From Utricularia gibba (taxonomy: Eukaryota > Plantae > Magnoliophyta), in assembly GCA_002189035.1 (NCBI GenBank), contig NEEC01000029.1, positions 372,001 through 436,000 on the forward strand: DNA of 64,000 bases. Direction: 5' to 3'. The position numbers and the translations under genes are program-made. Of this stretch, positions 26,126 through 39,813 are shown piece after piece; the first letter of the stretch is position 1; each line of letters opens with the position of its first letter. The notes under the pieces were generated by a model. It saw only the letters and a list, made by a program, of their open reading frames with translations. It did not search any database and had not been told where the DNA came from.

Positions 26126-27721
26126 ATCTCAAGAACGGGAACAATTGTTTTTCAACTCTCTAGGTTTGATTTCAGCAGATTCAACAACCAGCAACTAATA
26201 TGAGCTCAAGGAATGAAAAAAAACACCCCAAAACTCACATCCATTGCTTGGGTTCACAAGCATCAAAAGAAGAGAAATACGAAAATCCAGATATCACAGA
26301 AATGCTGGTATAAGAATCATAATCAAGAGATCTTAAAGAAACACATCAGAACGAAAGTACCCTTTTCACAGAGTAACTTCATCAACTACCACAGAAAGAA
26401 AAGGGCACATTTTCCCACATGACAGCTGAAGAAGTGAGCTTTAAAGTTGAAGAGAATCAGTTCCTTGAGCTCTAATTTTCAGTGCGGACCCCATTATCTT
26501 TCTCCTCGGGATCATGGACTCTCAGTGACAAATGAAAAGACTTTGAGTTGAAGGTGTGTGTAGTGTAGACATCCTACTGGTATGTATGTGCGGCCCGAAA
26601 AAGACTGCTTCTTCACCCCTGCAAAATACCAAGTTTCAAGCAAATTACAACTCATTTCTTTCGTTTTTTTCTTCAATATGATTGCATTACAGATTTTTTT
26701 TTTCTCTTCCTTCCTGTGGGGGAATCAAGCCAATAAATGCTTCCAGCTCGTCCAACTCTAGAAGGTGACCCACTTTATGCATCAACCAAAATAGCTGCTT
26801 ACATGTATGATTAGGTACCACCGGCTCTACTGTTAGTCTTGTCCTGAATAGTGTTTGGAGCACGAACTTGATCTCCAAATTCTACCACATTTGATGCTTC
26901 ATGTGGACAAACAGATAAACATTTCATAGAGCCAGGATGTGTTGTGAGGCAAGTCACAGTAGAAGCTCCATTGTTTGGAGTTTACTGTACGAGCTTCAAA
27001 AATGTCAGGTGAGTTGAATATGGTCAGCCGTACTCTGCACCTGCCTTTTTACTACTAAAGGCCTTCTCCTCTCTCTTTTTCACTTACTGACAAGGAGCAT
27101 GGGGATTATTGCAACCTAATTTGCCCTAAATTGTCCAATTCCAATGAACCCCTGTTGTAGACTGTAGTCTGGGCCGAGTGGATCCTATAAAGCATGTGGG
27201 CATGTGGGCCTGTGCTTCGGCCCGATGGTAATGAAATGATTTTGAAAGTCAAAACAATTGCCCATCGTGTGGGAATTTGTTTTGGGGCCGACGTCGTTTC
27301 ATGGAAGCAGCACGGACTGTGTGAAAAGGGTGCATGCAACTTTCTCCAAAAAGTAGACATTAACTGGCCTTTTACTATGAATTGTCGCTAGCTTCCAAGC
27401 AATAAATACGAGGACCGTGAAACCCTTTTATGACTTGTTCGGATTCTCCAAAACGCAAGCTTCCTTTTTGCTGCCGTTTTGATCATCCGAGAAAATATGT
27501 ACACCTGAACATTGACGTGTTGGATTTTCTCGAATACTATGCCTAAGACTGGAGCAGCTCTTGACTAAATGGCTACCCGGTAGCCCTGTTGGATTGCATT
27601 GTTCTTCATTGAATCAAGCACTCGGTCAAGTTGCTCCCAGCGCCAACTTTGACGTTCAACAGTTCTTCTCAGTGTTGAAATAGCTGATGCGTTCCTTGCA
27701 TGCTGTTACCGCCCTCCTGCC

Positions 27722-28836
27722 ATGGGTTGCTTTGCATCCAAAGAGTCTCGTCCCGCCCCTGCCTGCGGGGACTCGAAAGCTATTGCGTTGGATACGCCTT
27801 GTAAGTTGAACTGCGCTGTCGTTTGCATACATGCACTTGCTCACTGTGTGCCATGGTGTAGTTTCGGTGAAGGAAGTGGAGGCTTTGTATCAGCTTTTTA
27901 TGAAAATAAGCTCCTTGATTGTAAAGGATGAGCTCATCAACAAGGTATCATCAAAACTTCATTCTTGATTGTGTCATTAAGGTGTGATACTGAATGATGC
28001 GTTCGATCCTTGCAGGATGAGTTCCAGCTTGCAATGTTTAGGAAACCAGACGAACAAAATTTCTTTGCTGATAGGGTCAGTTCCCTACATCCAGTGGCAG
28101 CAGCCAAAACAAAAAAAAAAAAAAAAAAAAAAACCTTCCTTTTTCTTTTTCATGAATTTGCGTGATGTCTCCTATAGTTATTCGACCTATTCGACTGCAA
28201 TCGTGATGGGGCCATCGACTTCGAGGAGTTCGTGCGTTCTCTGGGAGTGTTTCACCCAAACGCTCAGTTTGAAAGCAAAGCTGCATGTAAGAAAGAGTAT
28301 CCTTCTGCATGACTGCCCAGACAAACATGGCTTGCCTACTCATGATAATCCTTCTACAGTCACATTCAAACTGCACGATCTAAGAAACTCGGGCTTCATC
28401 GAGCGGAATGAGGTGAAGCAGATGGTGTTCTCGCTGCTTCACGAATCCGATCTGGAGCTGCCGGAGGATGTGGTGGAGCTGATCGTGGAGAAGGTGAGGA
28501 TTTGTATTAATAAAAAAGAAATCCAAGCACAGCATTAAGTCAGTGAAGCTCCCATATGGGCTAAATGATTGACTGGCATTGTATTGTCCAAGCAGACGTT
28601 CTCTCAGGCAGCGAAAGGCAACCCACAGATAAATTTCGAGGAATGGAAGGAATTGGTGTCGCAGAACCCGTCGCTGATCAAGAACATGAACCTTCCGTAT
28701 CTCAAGTAAGTTTATATATCGCCCAAAATCCCTTTGTCCAGGTTGCGGGTTTGTAAGATACGGAGTCATGGGATGCAGGGAAATAACGCTCTCCTTTCCA
28801 AGCTTTTCTATCAAAGTGGAGCACCAGAGCACATGA
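27722..28836 (+). CDS. CBL4: Calcineurin B-like calcium sensor, CBL4/SOS3-like, divergent
   Basis: MGCFASK (myristoylation Gly2, acylation Cys3); seven exons: [25 protein letters not shown]...[77 protein letters not shown] (FPSF motif); TGA 28834-28836. Confidence 0.85.
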
Positions 28837-29256
28837 GTGCGGAGATAGAGAGATATGTAGAGGTCGGCTTCCAAGGATACATCTTGGGGAGCGGTATGGC
28901 TTCGGAAGTGAGCCCGCAAGGGCTTTGGGTCGAGTCAAAGTCATGATGATGACTTCAGATTAGTTAGAACATTTCATAAGTTTTGCTGTCCAGATAGCCG
29001 TTGCTTTGTCTTGGTCTTGGTCTAGGGCATGACAAGCATGAATTGGACCAAGCAAATGGATAATGATGGGCTTTTGTAATTTTCTTTATTCCCAAGTGTT
29101 GGGCTGGGCTGGTCTGGGCTGGGTTGGCCCATATGGATGGAAAGAAAGCTTTTCACCACTTGCGCAAATCTTTTCTCCTCTTTTATTTTTTATTTAATTA
29201 AGCCAGGGGTTCTTCTTGGGAAGAAAACGCCGGTTGGAAAGCCCTAGACTCTCACT

Positions 29257-30940
29257 ATGGCGATTCTCTCAGATTTCGAAGAAGAAGACACGAGGAAGGC
29301 TTCGAGTTCGACGTCCAAGCAATTCAACGCCGTTTTTGATCCCTCGAATCCCTTGGGTTTCCTGGAGGTGGTTTTTGAGTTCGTCGCGAGGGAGAGTGAT
29401 CTGTTTAACAGTAATACGCTCCTAAATGATGTGAATGCGGTGGTGCGGATGGTGAAGAACAAGGTGGAGACAGAGGAGAAGAAGAGGAAGGATACGGAGA
29501 TTGCTCAAGTTGAAAAGAATGAGAAGAAAATTAAGGCGGCCGAAGCTTCATCTCCCCCAAAGCCCAGAAGGAGATTAAAGAAGTCGCCATGGAGGATAGG
29601 GAAACAGAAACTATAGGGGAGACGGATGATAAGGGCCGTCGCGGTACTGGTCTACTCTTTTTTCACAGTGTAGTTCACTATAAACCCTGTTCCATCTCAA
29701 GTTTTAGTTTTTGTTTTCTTTTTAGCCGCTTCAACGTTATATTAAGTTTTGTGATGCGTGGTTTTTGTCGATTTCGTGGATTTCTTCTCCGGTATTTGTA
29801 TGTTTAGTTATCTCGTCCGCTGTACTGAGGGTGATACGCTTATCTTGGCACTTTTGTAGTTGTTTTCCTTGTTTTAGGACGTGATTTTTCGTCTTGTAAA
29901 TGAAGTTTTGTTTCCTAGTAATTTTCCGCTTCATTGTTATGCTGCTAACGCTTGAAGTTTTGTGCCATTTTATCTGGTCTGATGTTCCATAGCGACCTGT
30001 AGCTCGACAATGTGTCTGATTCTGCTCTCTCCTTTTGTCTTGTACAGCACCTAACAAGGGAAACGGCCTCGATTTGGACAAGTATTCATGGGTTCAGTCG
30101 TTACAAGAGGTCACTGTTTCTGTTCCAGTACCTGCTGGCACGAAGTCGAGATTTATTGTTTGTGAAATAAAGAAAAACCATCTTAAAGTTGGGCTCAAAG
30201 GCCAGCCGCCAATTATAGACGTACGTGGCTTATGTGGTGTCTCTCTGTTTTGCCGCACCTTTATGAAGTTAGATTCAGAGGGCTGTCATGCATTCTTGCC
30301 GTTCTAGCATACGCTTGATGTTGCTCACCGACGTGTTTTCATTTGTATTCTCACAGGGAGACCTTTATGAGTCTGTCAAGGTGGATGACTGCTTCTGGAG
30401 CTTAGGTAATGAACGTGTGTGTCTTTCTTTCGCTTCTGCCGTCTTCAAATTTCTAACGCATGCTTACAACACAACCCCCTAACAGAGGATCAGAAGTCTG
30501 TTTCTATTCTCCTCACGAAACATAACCAAATGGAATGGTGGAAGTATGTGGTGAAGGGTGAACCGGAGATGGACACCCAAAAAGTAGAACCTGAAAATAG
30601 TAAGCTGTCTGATCTTGATCCAGAAACACGCTCCACGGTAGAAAAAATGATGGTAACTCTTCCTCACCCTAATAAACTGTTGCTTATTTCGTCTCGCTTA
30701 GCTCGTTATTCTGATGCATCGTGTGTCCATTCCCAGTTCGACCAGCGACAGAAACAGATGGGTCTCCCAACTAGTGATGAGATGCAAAAGCAGGATATAT
30801 TGAAGAAGTTCATGGCCGAGGTAAAACACAATACGCAAAGTTGCACCTACACTTCCAAACAGGGTAATGCTCTGACATGAAATGTGCGTGTGTTGCTGCA
30901 GCATCCGGAGATGGACTTTTCAAGAGCAAAAATCAACTAA
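29257..30940 (+). CDS. BOB1: BOBBER1 / NudC-domain chaperone; 1-nt frameshift at about 29555
   Basis: [75 protein letters not shown] / [28 protein letters not shown] / [12 protein letters not shown]. Confidence 0.94.
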
Positions 30941-32605
30941 GAGATGAGATGGGTGGGGATTTTGTGTTTGTGTTTCACAGTAGATGGATCATTTCCGTTG
31001 ACTTGGAAAGACGAGTGAGTGGATGGACTGCATTGGGCACTTGTGCGTTTATTCGAATGACGTTCGTACAAGACCTCGTGAAAACGACACCAACAATCAG
31101 TAGTTAAATATTAGGCGGCCAGAAATGAAAACAGAACCTGCCGGGGGCCGACCGGTCTTCTTGCAGGCACACCCAACTGATTTATTCATTGCACATGGCT
31201 GGGATTCAGAGACCTGAGGCTCCCCCTCAGGGCGCTTTGCTTGCTTTGCCCTGCGATGAAGTAGAATGGAAAACTTTTTATATGAACCCATCCCGGCAGC
31301 CCCTTCTTTACCCTCAAATTGCTGCATCAATTTTACAAGATCGCGTGGATGACTTGCTGGTTGCGGTGAGCAGGTCGTTGGTCGGTTATTACCTGTTTCA
31401 TCCTCTTCTTTACCGTCGTAGGATTGACACGCCGTTCATGGTATCAAGGGGCAACTTCAGCATCTTTGCTTACTGTGAATTGGTGGATGCTTGATTGAAC
31501 TGACATGCTTATTCAATCGGGGTAGGTTGTTTTTGCTTGGGAGACCTTGAAAAAGATTCCATTCATATTCCTGAGATCCACATCTTAAATGCGGCTGTTT
31601 CTTTGTCTCCTCTCCCCCAGTCCTCCCCTGTTCTTTTCATTTTACTCTTTTATCTTGTTTTTTTTTTTAACTGAGCCTCACGCTCATAAGACCACGCCCA
31701 AAGCCAAGGTCGCCTGGGTTCATTTGGTGTTGTCACCTTTGTTTCTCTTCCCCATCACGAGGAAAAAAGTGTTCCTTGATTTGAAACAATGTTGTTCTAC
31801 TTCCCATGGTTACACCAAGAAGTTCAGCAGTGTGATGAATTTGGGTGCTCCCAGAAAGCCACTGATTGCACGGTATTCGTTTCAGTTTTTGGTCCCGCTT
31901 CTGGGTTTTCATATCTCTGATGTGGGATTTCGAGTTTTAGCTCGTTTGTTTGATTTTTCGTGTTCGAAAAACTGTTTGGTTTTTCGGTTGAGAAACTGAT
32001 TGCTTTTCAAGATTCCTATCCAGGGAAAGATGCATAAATGGAAACCACTATAAGTCATCACAATCATCATCGTTTTACTCTTCTCTTCTGAGCGACTGGT
32101 GATTCGATTTCTCAACAAGTTTGCTAAGTCTAAAGAAAAACAGCTTTGAAAAATAAAGGCTTCCTTCTCTTTCACAGCTTTCACCAAAGATTGTTTTTTG
32201 TTTTCCTAAAGGGCCTGTCTCTTTAAACTTCATTTTGCTTTTAATCTCTTGTAATTCTCAGCCATCTTTCACTCTGATTGATCTTTGAGGGTGCTTTCTC
32301 AAAAATATAAAGCTGATGGAAATGTTAGTGGTCAGTTATGTTGGTATCCTCTGTCCACTTGTTTTATTTGGAAATATGAGAGGGCTTTGTGTTATCTCAG
32401 CTTGTATCCTTATCAACGTCATTATCCTGCAGAGTAACGTGATTGATTCTCGTTCCACACAATAATAAATGACTCCCTACCGCTGGGTGTCAAGGGAGCA
32501 AGACAATTTCAATTTACTGCGCCTTGAGTTCCCCCCTATAAGTTTTCCTGATTATGCTCACTTTCTGCCTTCCTACTTGGAAATCACAGGCATCTTACTC
32601 TGTAA

Positions 32606-33599
32606 ATGCAGGGACTATCCATATCTGGTTACAGGATATGGGGAGAAGGGGACTTGTTCCAGGCCCCTGAGCCCATTATCGAGGAAACAGTTGTGGGAAT
32701 CGATCCTGTTACAGCGGCCATGTCAATGATATCTTGTGGTGAAGATGTGATATCACCCCAGTCGTTGAATGTTTCCGACATCGAATCCTCTATCAAAAGC
32801 GGGAAGATACTCAGTGAGGTGTTCTATGAGTGCAGAAAGGATCTTCTAGCAAAGCAAGGGAATGAAACTCCACTATCCGAGGTCTTGAGCATCAAACTCC
32901 CAGATGACAAGATGGATGAGCAGAGAATGATCATTGATGGTGGAAAGTTGAATGCCGAGGGCTCATTCCTGAAGAGTATTAGTTCCAGTTGTCTTCAGTC
33001 GATGGACAACATTAGCCACTCATCTGTAAGGCCAGATTTTCCAGCGATGGACTTGAGAGCTGCAACTGGGCTGCGAAGAGCTTTCAGTGAAGGCGACATA
33101 AAGGTCTAGTTTCGCATGCTCTATTCTCTCTTAACTAGAAGCCTTCAATAGGTTACTGTTTCACTAAATTTTCATCGGCTTCCGTACTGGAGCAGAACTT
33201 TAAGCTGAGAAATGATGTTTCTGGGCTCTTGAGGTGGGGAAGGGTGATTCATTCTGAGTTTTTATGACAGGCTCTAGGTAACAAGAGTAACACCGATAGC
33301 CTCCACTTTCAGCTGGGGCGGCAACAACCTCACGCCTTGAACATGGCTGCCATCAGCTCCGCAGAACGCAGGGAAAAACTGTCTCGATATCGTAACAAGA
33401 AATCCAGGAGAAACTTCGGCCGCAAGATCAAGGTACAACTAACTATAAGCAAGATGGTTGCAGCCACGTGCACGAACGCAAGGTAAAGCTCTCTTGTGTT
33501 TTTCAGTACGCGTGCAGGAAGGCTATAGCAGATAGCCAGCCTCGAATACGAGGGAGGTTCGCCAAGACAGAAGACACGGGGACTCTGATGAAGCAGTGA
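32606..33599 (+). CDS. CCT-motif family protein (At5g53420/At4g27900-like, recalled); start codon or first coding exon uncertain
   Basis: GEGDLFQAPEPIIEE...DPVTAAMSMISCGED, GLRRAFSEGDIK, ERREKLSRYRNKKSRRNFGRKIK / YACRKAIADSQPRIRGRFAKTEDTGTLMKQ*. Confidence 0.88.
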
Positions 33600-34250
33600 C
33601 CAGGGGAGCGCTGATGCTGCTGCTGCTACATTTGAGGGCCTCATCATCCATCTCCTCAATGACGTTGGCAGCAGCCGAGAGTACTACTTGGCCTATTTTC
33701 ATGATTGTAGATTTGGTTTGTTATCTGGAGTTGTATATACCGTACGTAGCATCGAAATAAAGTATCATCCATCCAGATGTGTTGTACAGCATTAAACTCC
33801 AGCACGTGCACAGAATCATGCAAAACATAAGGACACAAGAGAGAAAAAGTAGAAAAGAAAGATTTACAACCAAGGAATCTTCTCTATTAGTGTTCGTACC
33901 AAACACCAAGTGTGAATCAAAAAACACATATATACTTTTCTTCACACACTAAAGAAATAATCCAGAGAGATTAGAAAGAGCACACCGTTGACCATCACTC
34001 TTTTCTCTTCTGCTGTGCATAATCGACAAAAAGAACCTCAAGCAAAAAGAAGGGCTAGGAAGGAAGCTGTGTGATCTCTTCTGTACAGACTGCTGCTACT
34101 TGTGTTTGATGGTGTTCTCTGTTAGCTAGCTACTCTTGTAAGTTTAGAGGAGCAAAGAATCAGTCTCAAGGAAGCTGGCGGGTGACGAGCGCTTTCTGGT
34201 TGACTGCATGTGAAGAAGCAGAAGCCATTGGAATGTGAGCTTGCTTGTGT

Positions 34251-37200
34251 CTAATTCATGAATTTTCTGCAGTTTGGAGCCTTGCACAAGCATGGAACCT
34301 TGAACTCTTCCGGCTCATCAGGATCAAATAAATAGTCATACCTGTACGGATGGAGAAATGGAACAATTGTAAAATTTATGTTCTTTACTCTCGGAGTTCA
34401 ACACATTTCGATGAATCTCTGCAGAAAGAAATAGCATCTTCAAGGAGGGAGGAGGGAAATACGTTAGTTCATCACCAGCGGGAACGAACATCCGGGCAAT
34501 AAGTACGATCCGGCTCTCATCACTACCTACACTCATGATTCTTGCATAGCAGTTGGGCATACACTGCAAAATGTCGTAAGAAGGGATATTTAGAGGGGGC
34601 AAAAGCATAGACGTTCAACAGAAAGGAGCATCATCCATCAGTGTAAATAGATTATGTACCGAGTGGTTAATCAGCCGAGCAATGTTTCCGGCATCTGTTG
34701 CATCTACAACAACCTCTTCACTGATTTTGAATAGCTGAGGAGAGGAAAGCAGATTTTGTACAGTAAGGTAACCATGTGTACTCGGGATAACAGCATAATA
34801 AGATGCTTGTCTCTGGCCAGAAGAAAACATCTCACATAGCAATCCTTGCCCTGTGCCCGATACCGTGCTTCTCTTAGATCCGCAACACTGCGTCTAACCT
34901 GCTCCCCCGATATTCCACCACCTAACCATTAAAAAAAAAAAAGCATAGAATAAGAACCCCTTCATAGCAGGGCATCAAGCATGGATTTCTTTCGTTAAGA
35001 GCATACATACCATTTCTCCTTCTTGAATATCCCTACGTGCAAAAAGACCCCAACCATGTATTCCTGATCTACCAAAGCAAACTTTATCCCTTTCTGTTCT
35101 CTGTATCATCCAAAAAATGTTCTGCCGTTGAACTTCGCCATAAAATCTCATTATAATGAAACGCATGTAACAAACCTGCAAATAGTGAAGCCTTTCTCTA
35201 AAGGTGGAAAAGGACTCCCGCTTCTCTGTTTTCTGTGTCAGAGACGAGACCAAAAAGTAGAGGTTTTTTTCCTGCTATCCCCTACAAATGGAACGATGGT
35301 AGAAAATTTACCCTATTTGCATTCAAACTTCTTATTACGCCCATTGAATGATGACGAGACCCCATAACATAGTGGACTATTGCCTCATTACTGATCTGCA
35401 AGACAAGGGAAAAAATCGGCAAAGAAATCAGAAAAAAGTAAATGGTAAGCAAATCAGCGCCTTTCCCATCAACATTTCTAAGCAAATGGATCAAATAAAA
35501 ACATCTATTTTTCTAGACCTTGTTAGATCTTTTGTAGACACGGCACCTTGCTGCAGAGAATGGTTCAACCTCATCGGTTTCTAGTGAAGGAGGCTCCATC
35601 TTCATCCTACTTGTTGAAATCAGCCTGGCGCTCATGTGCTTTTTGCTTTGAAGCAGGCTTCTGGCTGAGAAGGTCCCTTTGGGAGTCTCTATGATGAGAA
35701 CATTATCTGGATTTGGAGCCCTATACACAGGACAGTAAGGGCATGAGCATTATAGACATGTAAACGCCAAAAGATAAAATTTAAAAATCAACATTAGAGA
35801 AAAAGGATGAAGCAAAAACTCAATTACCTGTGGAAGGCGCAGTAAGATACCATTTTGGTCAACTGTTTGCCGTTCTTTTCAAGACAGTGCAACTGCAATT
35901 TCCAAATGAAGTTTTTGAACTAACATTCAGTATATGAATAGCGAAAATGTCACAAAAATTCCGTCTGTTTCAGCACTCGAATCCAAATTACATTAAAGAT
36001 GAGCGACAAGCCTGACGAAGTCAAAATCAGAAGAAAAATACAGGACTGAAATACGTATTCAAGTTAGTACAGCACACCTCCATCCGGTAACCTGCCCTGG
36101 ATGCACACACTGCATGGTAATAAGTGGAGCACTTGGTACATTGCGTACATGATCCATGAATCTGTTTGCAGACTACACACATCTGAAATACATGCAAATC
36201 CAAGGATAACTAAATTGGTTAAGAACGAAAAATGTTAGGATCTTGAGCACTTCACTCATGCAGAAAAACCTAGAATATCATCTTATGAAATACACCAGAA
36301 GTGATCTCAGGTGCCAGGTGAAAAACGACAATACCTTTACAAAGGAGCTTGAAGGTATCTTCAATATTCCAATGGCAGGCTCCATCTTTTCATCACTTGC
36401 AAATGAAACTTCAGGTTGAAACCAAGCACAGGTAATGTGAACCCACAATGGTGAAACATCTGTAGGTTTCAGCGCACCCCCTACATTTTTTAATAAACCC
36501 ACAACTTATAGTATGATCAAGATGACTTGATGCTCGTATTTAGCCAAATTTAGGGAAAAGGAGACTCTTTTCAACACACTATAGTCGATCAATGAGTGTA
36601 CAACAGCACCCTCAAACAGACTAATAGGACTACTCAACTACCTTTCACAGGGCATAGGCAACACTGCCGCTCAATATCAGGTGTCTCGCAAGATCTACAT
36701 ACCCATGAGGTAAAATCACGGACATGTCTCGCTCCATAACACTCTTGATGAACAGCAATTTGGCATCTGCAAAAAAGTGGACCAAACAAAACAGTTAACA
36801 TTCACAAAAAAAGTTGTTGATGAATTTGTTTAACATCTTTTATAAACATGTTCATCCATACCTAATGCAAATAATAATCTTGTTGAAGTCCCAGTCTTCA
36901 ACCCAGCGACATACGGCACATCTCTCTGTTGTCCATTTAGCATGAACAGGTTCATGATGTTCTAATGCATAGAAAAAGGCTCAGGAGTCACTTCTAAAAT
37001 TCGAGACTGGTCAAGGCACATCACAAAATAAATAACAAAGGATTGGAACTAACCTTGAAGAAAATTAAGCAGCCTTTGCCTCCTAACTTTCATTGAAGGA
37101 CGTTTCATGGATTTAGCAGGAACAAGGCTCTGTTCGTGATACTCAGCCATCTGTACCATCTGTGTGACAAAAAAACCAGTCAAGTGGCATAACTTCAGAT

Positions 37201-39813
37201 GGTGCAGGTGGAAACTAAACAGGTAAGGGAATGAAAGATGAGTTTCAAAACAGACCCATTGTTCAAGGGGAAGCAGGGAACCCTTCACCTTGACACTTGA
37301 TTTCCAGTTTTTAGTTTTTGAACCCGTATGTTGTTGCCATTCACTGAGCGATTGCTTTTCCATTCCACAAAATCCACATTTGCAAACAACTCTGCATGAA
37401 GAGAACCATTCCAGTGCATGCAAACCCCCTAGCTGAATTTGAAAAATCTCTAGTGGAGGCAGATTAAAAATTAAGAATCTTACAAGTGTAAACTCGGAAA
37501 ATAAATCCCTTCAACACCAGAGCAGATGACAGCAACTTTGTCAGGCAACATGGAATTGCTATTCCTTTTGCCATTCCTGCATCATGGGTACCGTGATTTA
37601 TTTAGTAAACCCTCAAGACATTAAAGAACTATTTTATGCCAAAAAGGAAGAAGGAAATTCACTTTATTTTAACATGCCGAGCCTCCGAATCAGATAACTC
37701 AAAATTAAACCTAGCTTTGCATTCAGGGCAGTAATAATCACTTATTAGCGTATCCTGCAACACCAGAAAAGTTCAGATAACCAACAACTCAGGCCTATTC
37801 AGCGCATAATGAGTTAATGGAGGGAACATGAAAATATTGAAGGAAGAGAGACCTTCACATTGTTTTGTAAAGACTTGTCACACTCTGCATGGAGCCACAC
37901 TTTACAACCATTACATTTGACCTGATGTTTTTGATCAGAGAAAGATGTTATCAGTAGAAACGCCTTGAAAAAAAAACTTCTGATTTTAATTGCTTACCCA
38001 AGTTCCGTTATCAAATTGATTTCGAATCTTCTTGCAAATGCTGCAATAATGTTTTATTTTTTTCAACTGCAAAAGAAAGGTGAAAAAAAACAGGCGAACC
38101 ATTAATGGGGATGGTTTTGGACAATGACGCAAGTACAATGTCATGCCCAAAAGGTAACGCACCCTAGCACAAGAAGTACACAAACGGTTGATGCCGGCAG
38201 CTGAACTAGTAGATTTTTTTTGCAAGTTAGATGCCATGCTAACACCACAGGCTTCACATGATTTCGATTCCTCTTTCACACGTACATCCTTCATGATGGT
38301 AGGGAAACACATGTTTCTTAGTCCCATCCCAGTATGGTAAAATTCGTATCTTGGAAAGGCATGCATTTAAAAATAAGTATATCTTTTGCAAGTAACACCG
38401 CATCAACAAAATCTTAAAGGAAATATACACATAAAAAGAGGTACTTATGGTCCCTAAAAAAACCATATATTCTATTCAATTCCACAAAGAACGAAATAGT
38501 TAAGCAAGAAACCAGATGAACTTACTTGCTCCCTAGAGTTGCGACTCTGCCCTGAATCAGAATCCTCAAAAACTCCCCTAGTAAGAGAACTAGGATAATC
38601 AGGGCGGCCAGCAGCAGCATTTATTTCCACCATCAGCATCTCATTAAATCCATTTTCTGCCAAAAACGCCTCCTCTATCGCTGACCGAAGATCACTTGGC
38701 TTGCTATCGTTCAGTTCAGTTTGATCCTGAAACCTAAATCATCAAATTCACAATGGTTTCAACTCAACAAGTACCCCGAAAATCTTGTTTTAAAAAAAAA
38801 AACTATCAGATAAAATCAAAAAAGAAAGCAAAAAGGTACGGCAGAACCACCTGTCTATATAGTCGAGGAATGGAAATATCATGCCGTTTCTAATCCACGC
38901 ATAATCCTGCTCAAAGAGGACATACTTAAATGCAACAAATGCAAGCAGAAACACAGAAAACAAAAGCACACTTTACCCTCTGAGTTCCATTTCCAGAGTA
39001 ACCAAAGAACATTACACAAACTGATCCAGCAACTCGACAATTGAAAACCTTCTGCGGGATTTGCATCTCTTGATTTAAGACAATCGCAGGCCATGCAGGG
39101 CAATTCTTCCCAGAAATGGCCCACACAATGTCACCTTCATCAAACTCCTGGGAGCCATACAATTTATCAATGCCGCTAATTTCTGCACAATCAACAAAAT
39201 CTTCATCAATCATCCAATCATTCCTCAGTTCTGCAATCTCTTCCTCGGATAATGGCGCAAATTTTCGGCCATGGAAAGTATTGGTCTTTTCCTTCGTCAA
39301 CTTCCGATTACCTATCACGTTTGCACGAACCCCTGGTGCCCTGAATCCAGATTCTTTTACCTTTTCTTGAAATGGTGTATAATCTGTATCCAAATCAAAC
39401 TCCCGTGTTCCATTCTTACTGGAAATCTTCTCTTTTTTCCAATTATCAAGAATCGAATCATTGAATCTCGACGGGAGTACCTGAACTCTCCCACGAGACG
39501 TTCTCACCAGAGGCGGCCGTGAGACTTCTTCTTTCGCCGAAGGAGTCGTGTACATTGACTCCAACTCTGGACGGTCCACGCCGACTTCAGCCACGGCAGC
39601 GGCGGCGCTCGACAGGATTTTATGAATCCCATAACTGCTGAACGTAATTACCCCCGCAGCAGCCTCCCCAAGGATATGCAGCGGAAAACAACCATTATCG
39701 ATTTTGCGTTTCTTCCTCTTCGCTGACGACTCGTCGTCTTCTGCCGCCGAATCGCCGCCTCGGCACCGTTTCAGAAACGGCATTACCAGTTTCAAGTTCT
39801 TTTTTATAATCAT
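34251..39813 (-). CDS. ATX5: Trithorax-like H3K4 methyltransferase, ATX4/ATX5 type (PWWP, PHD, ePHD, SET, post-SET); 1-nt frameshift at about 34906
   Basis: [41 protein letters not shown] (PWWP), [88 protein letters not shown]; ATX4 versus ATX5 cannot be separated. Confidence 0.9.

Noticed and set aside
28111-28133. A23 tract in CBL intron 3 as a retroposon tail
   Set aside because: No SINE body, Pol III boxes or TSD; long A/T tracts are common in introns throughout this window.
31446-31470. IPS1-like miR399 target-mimic motif (AAGGGGCAACTTCAGCATCTTTGCT)
   Set aside because: Only the GGGCAAC half matches; the seed-pairing half (CCTTTGGCA) is mismatched and there is no IPS1 context, so this is likely chance.
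34861-34920. Inactivating frameshift in the ATX SET domain
   Set aside because: A G5 run where G6 gives [16 protein letters not shown]; the rest of the gene is intact.
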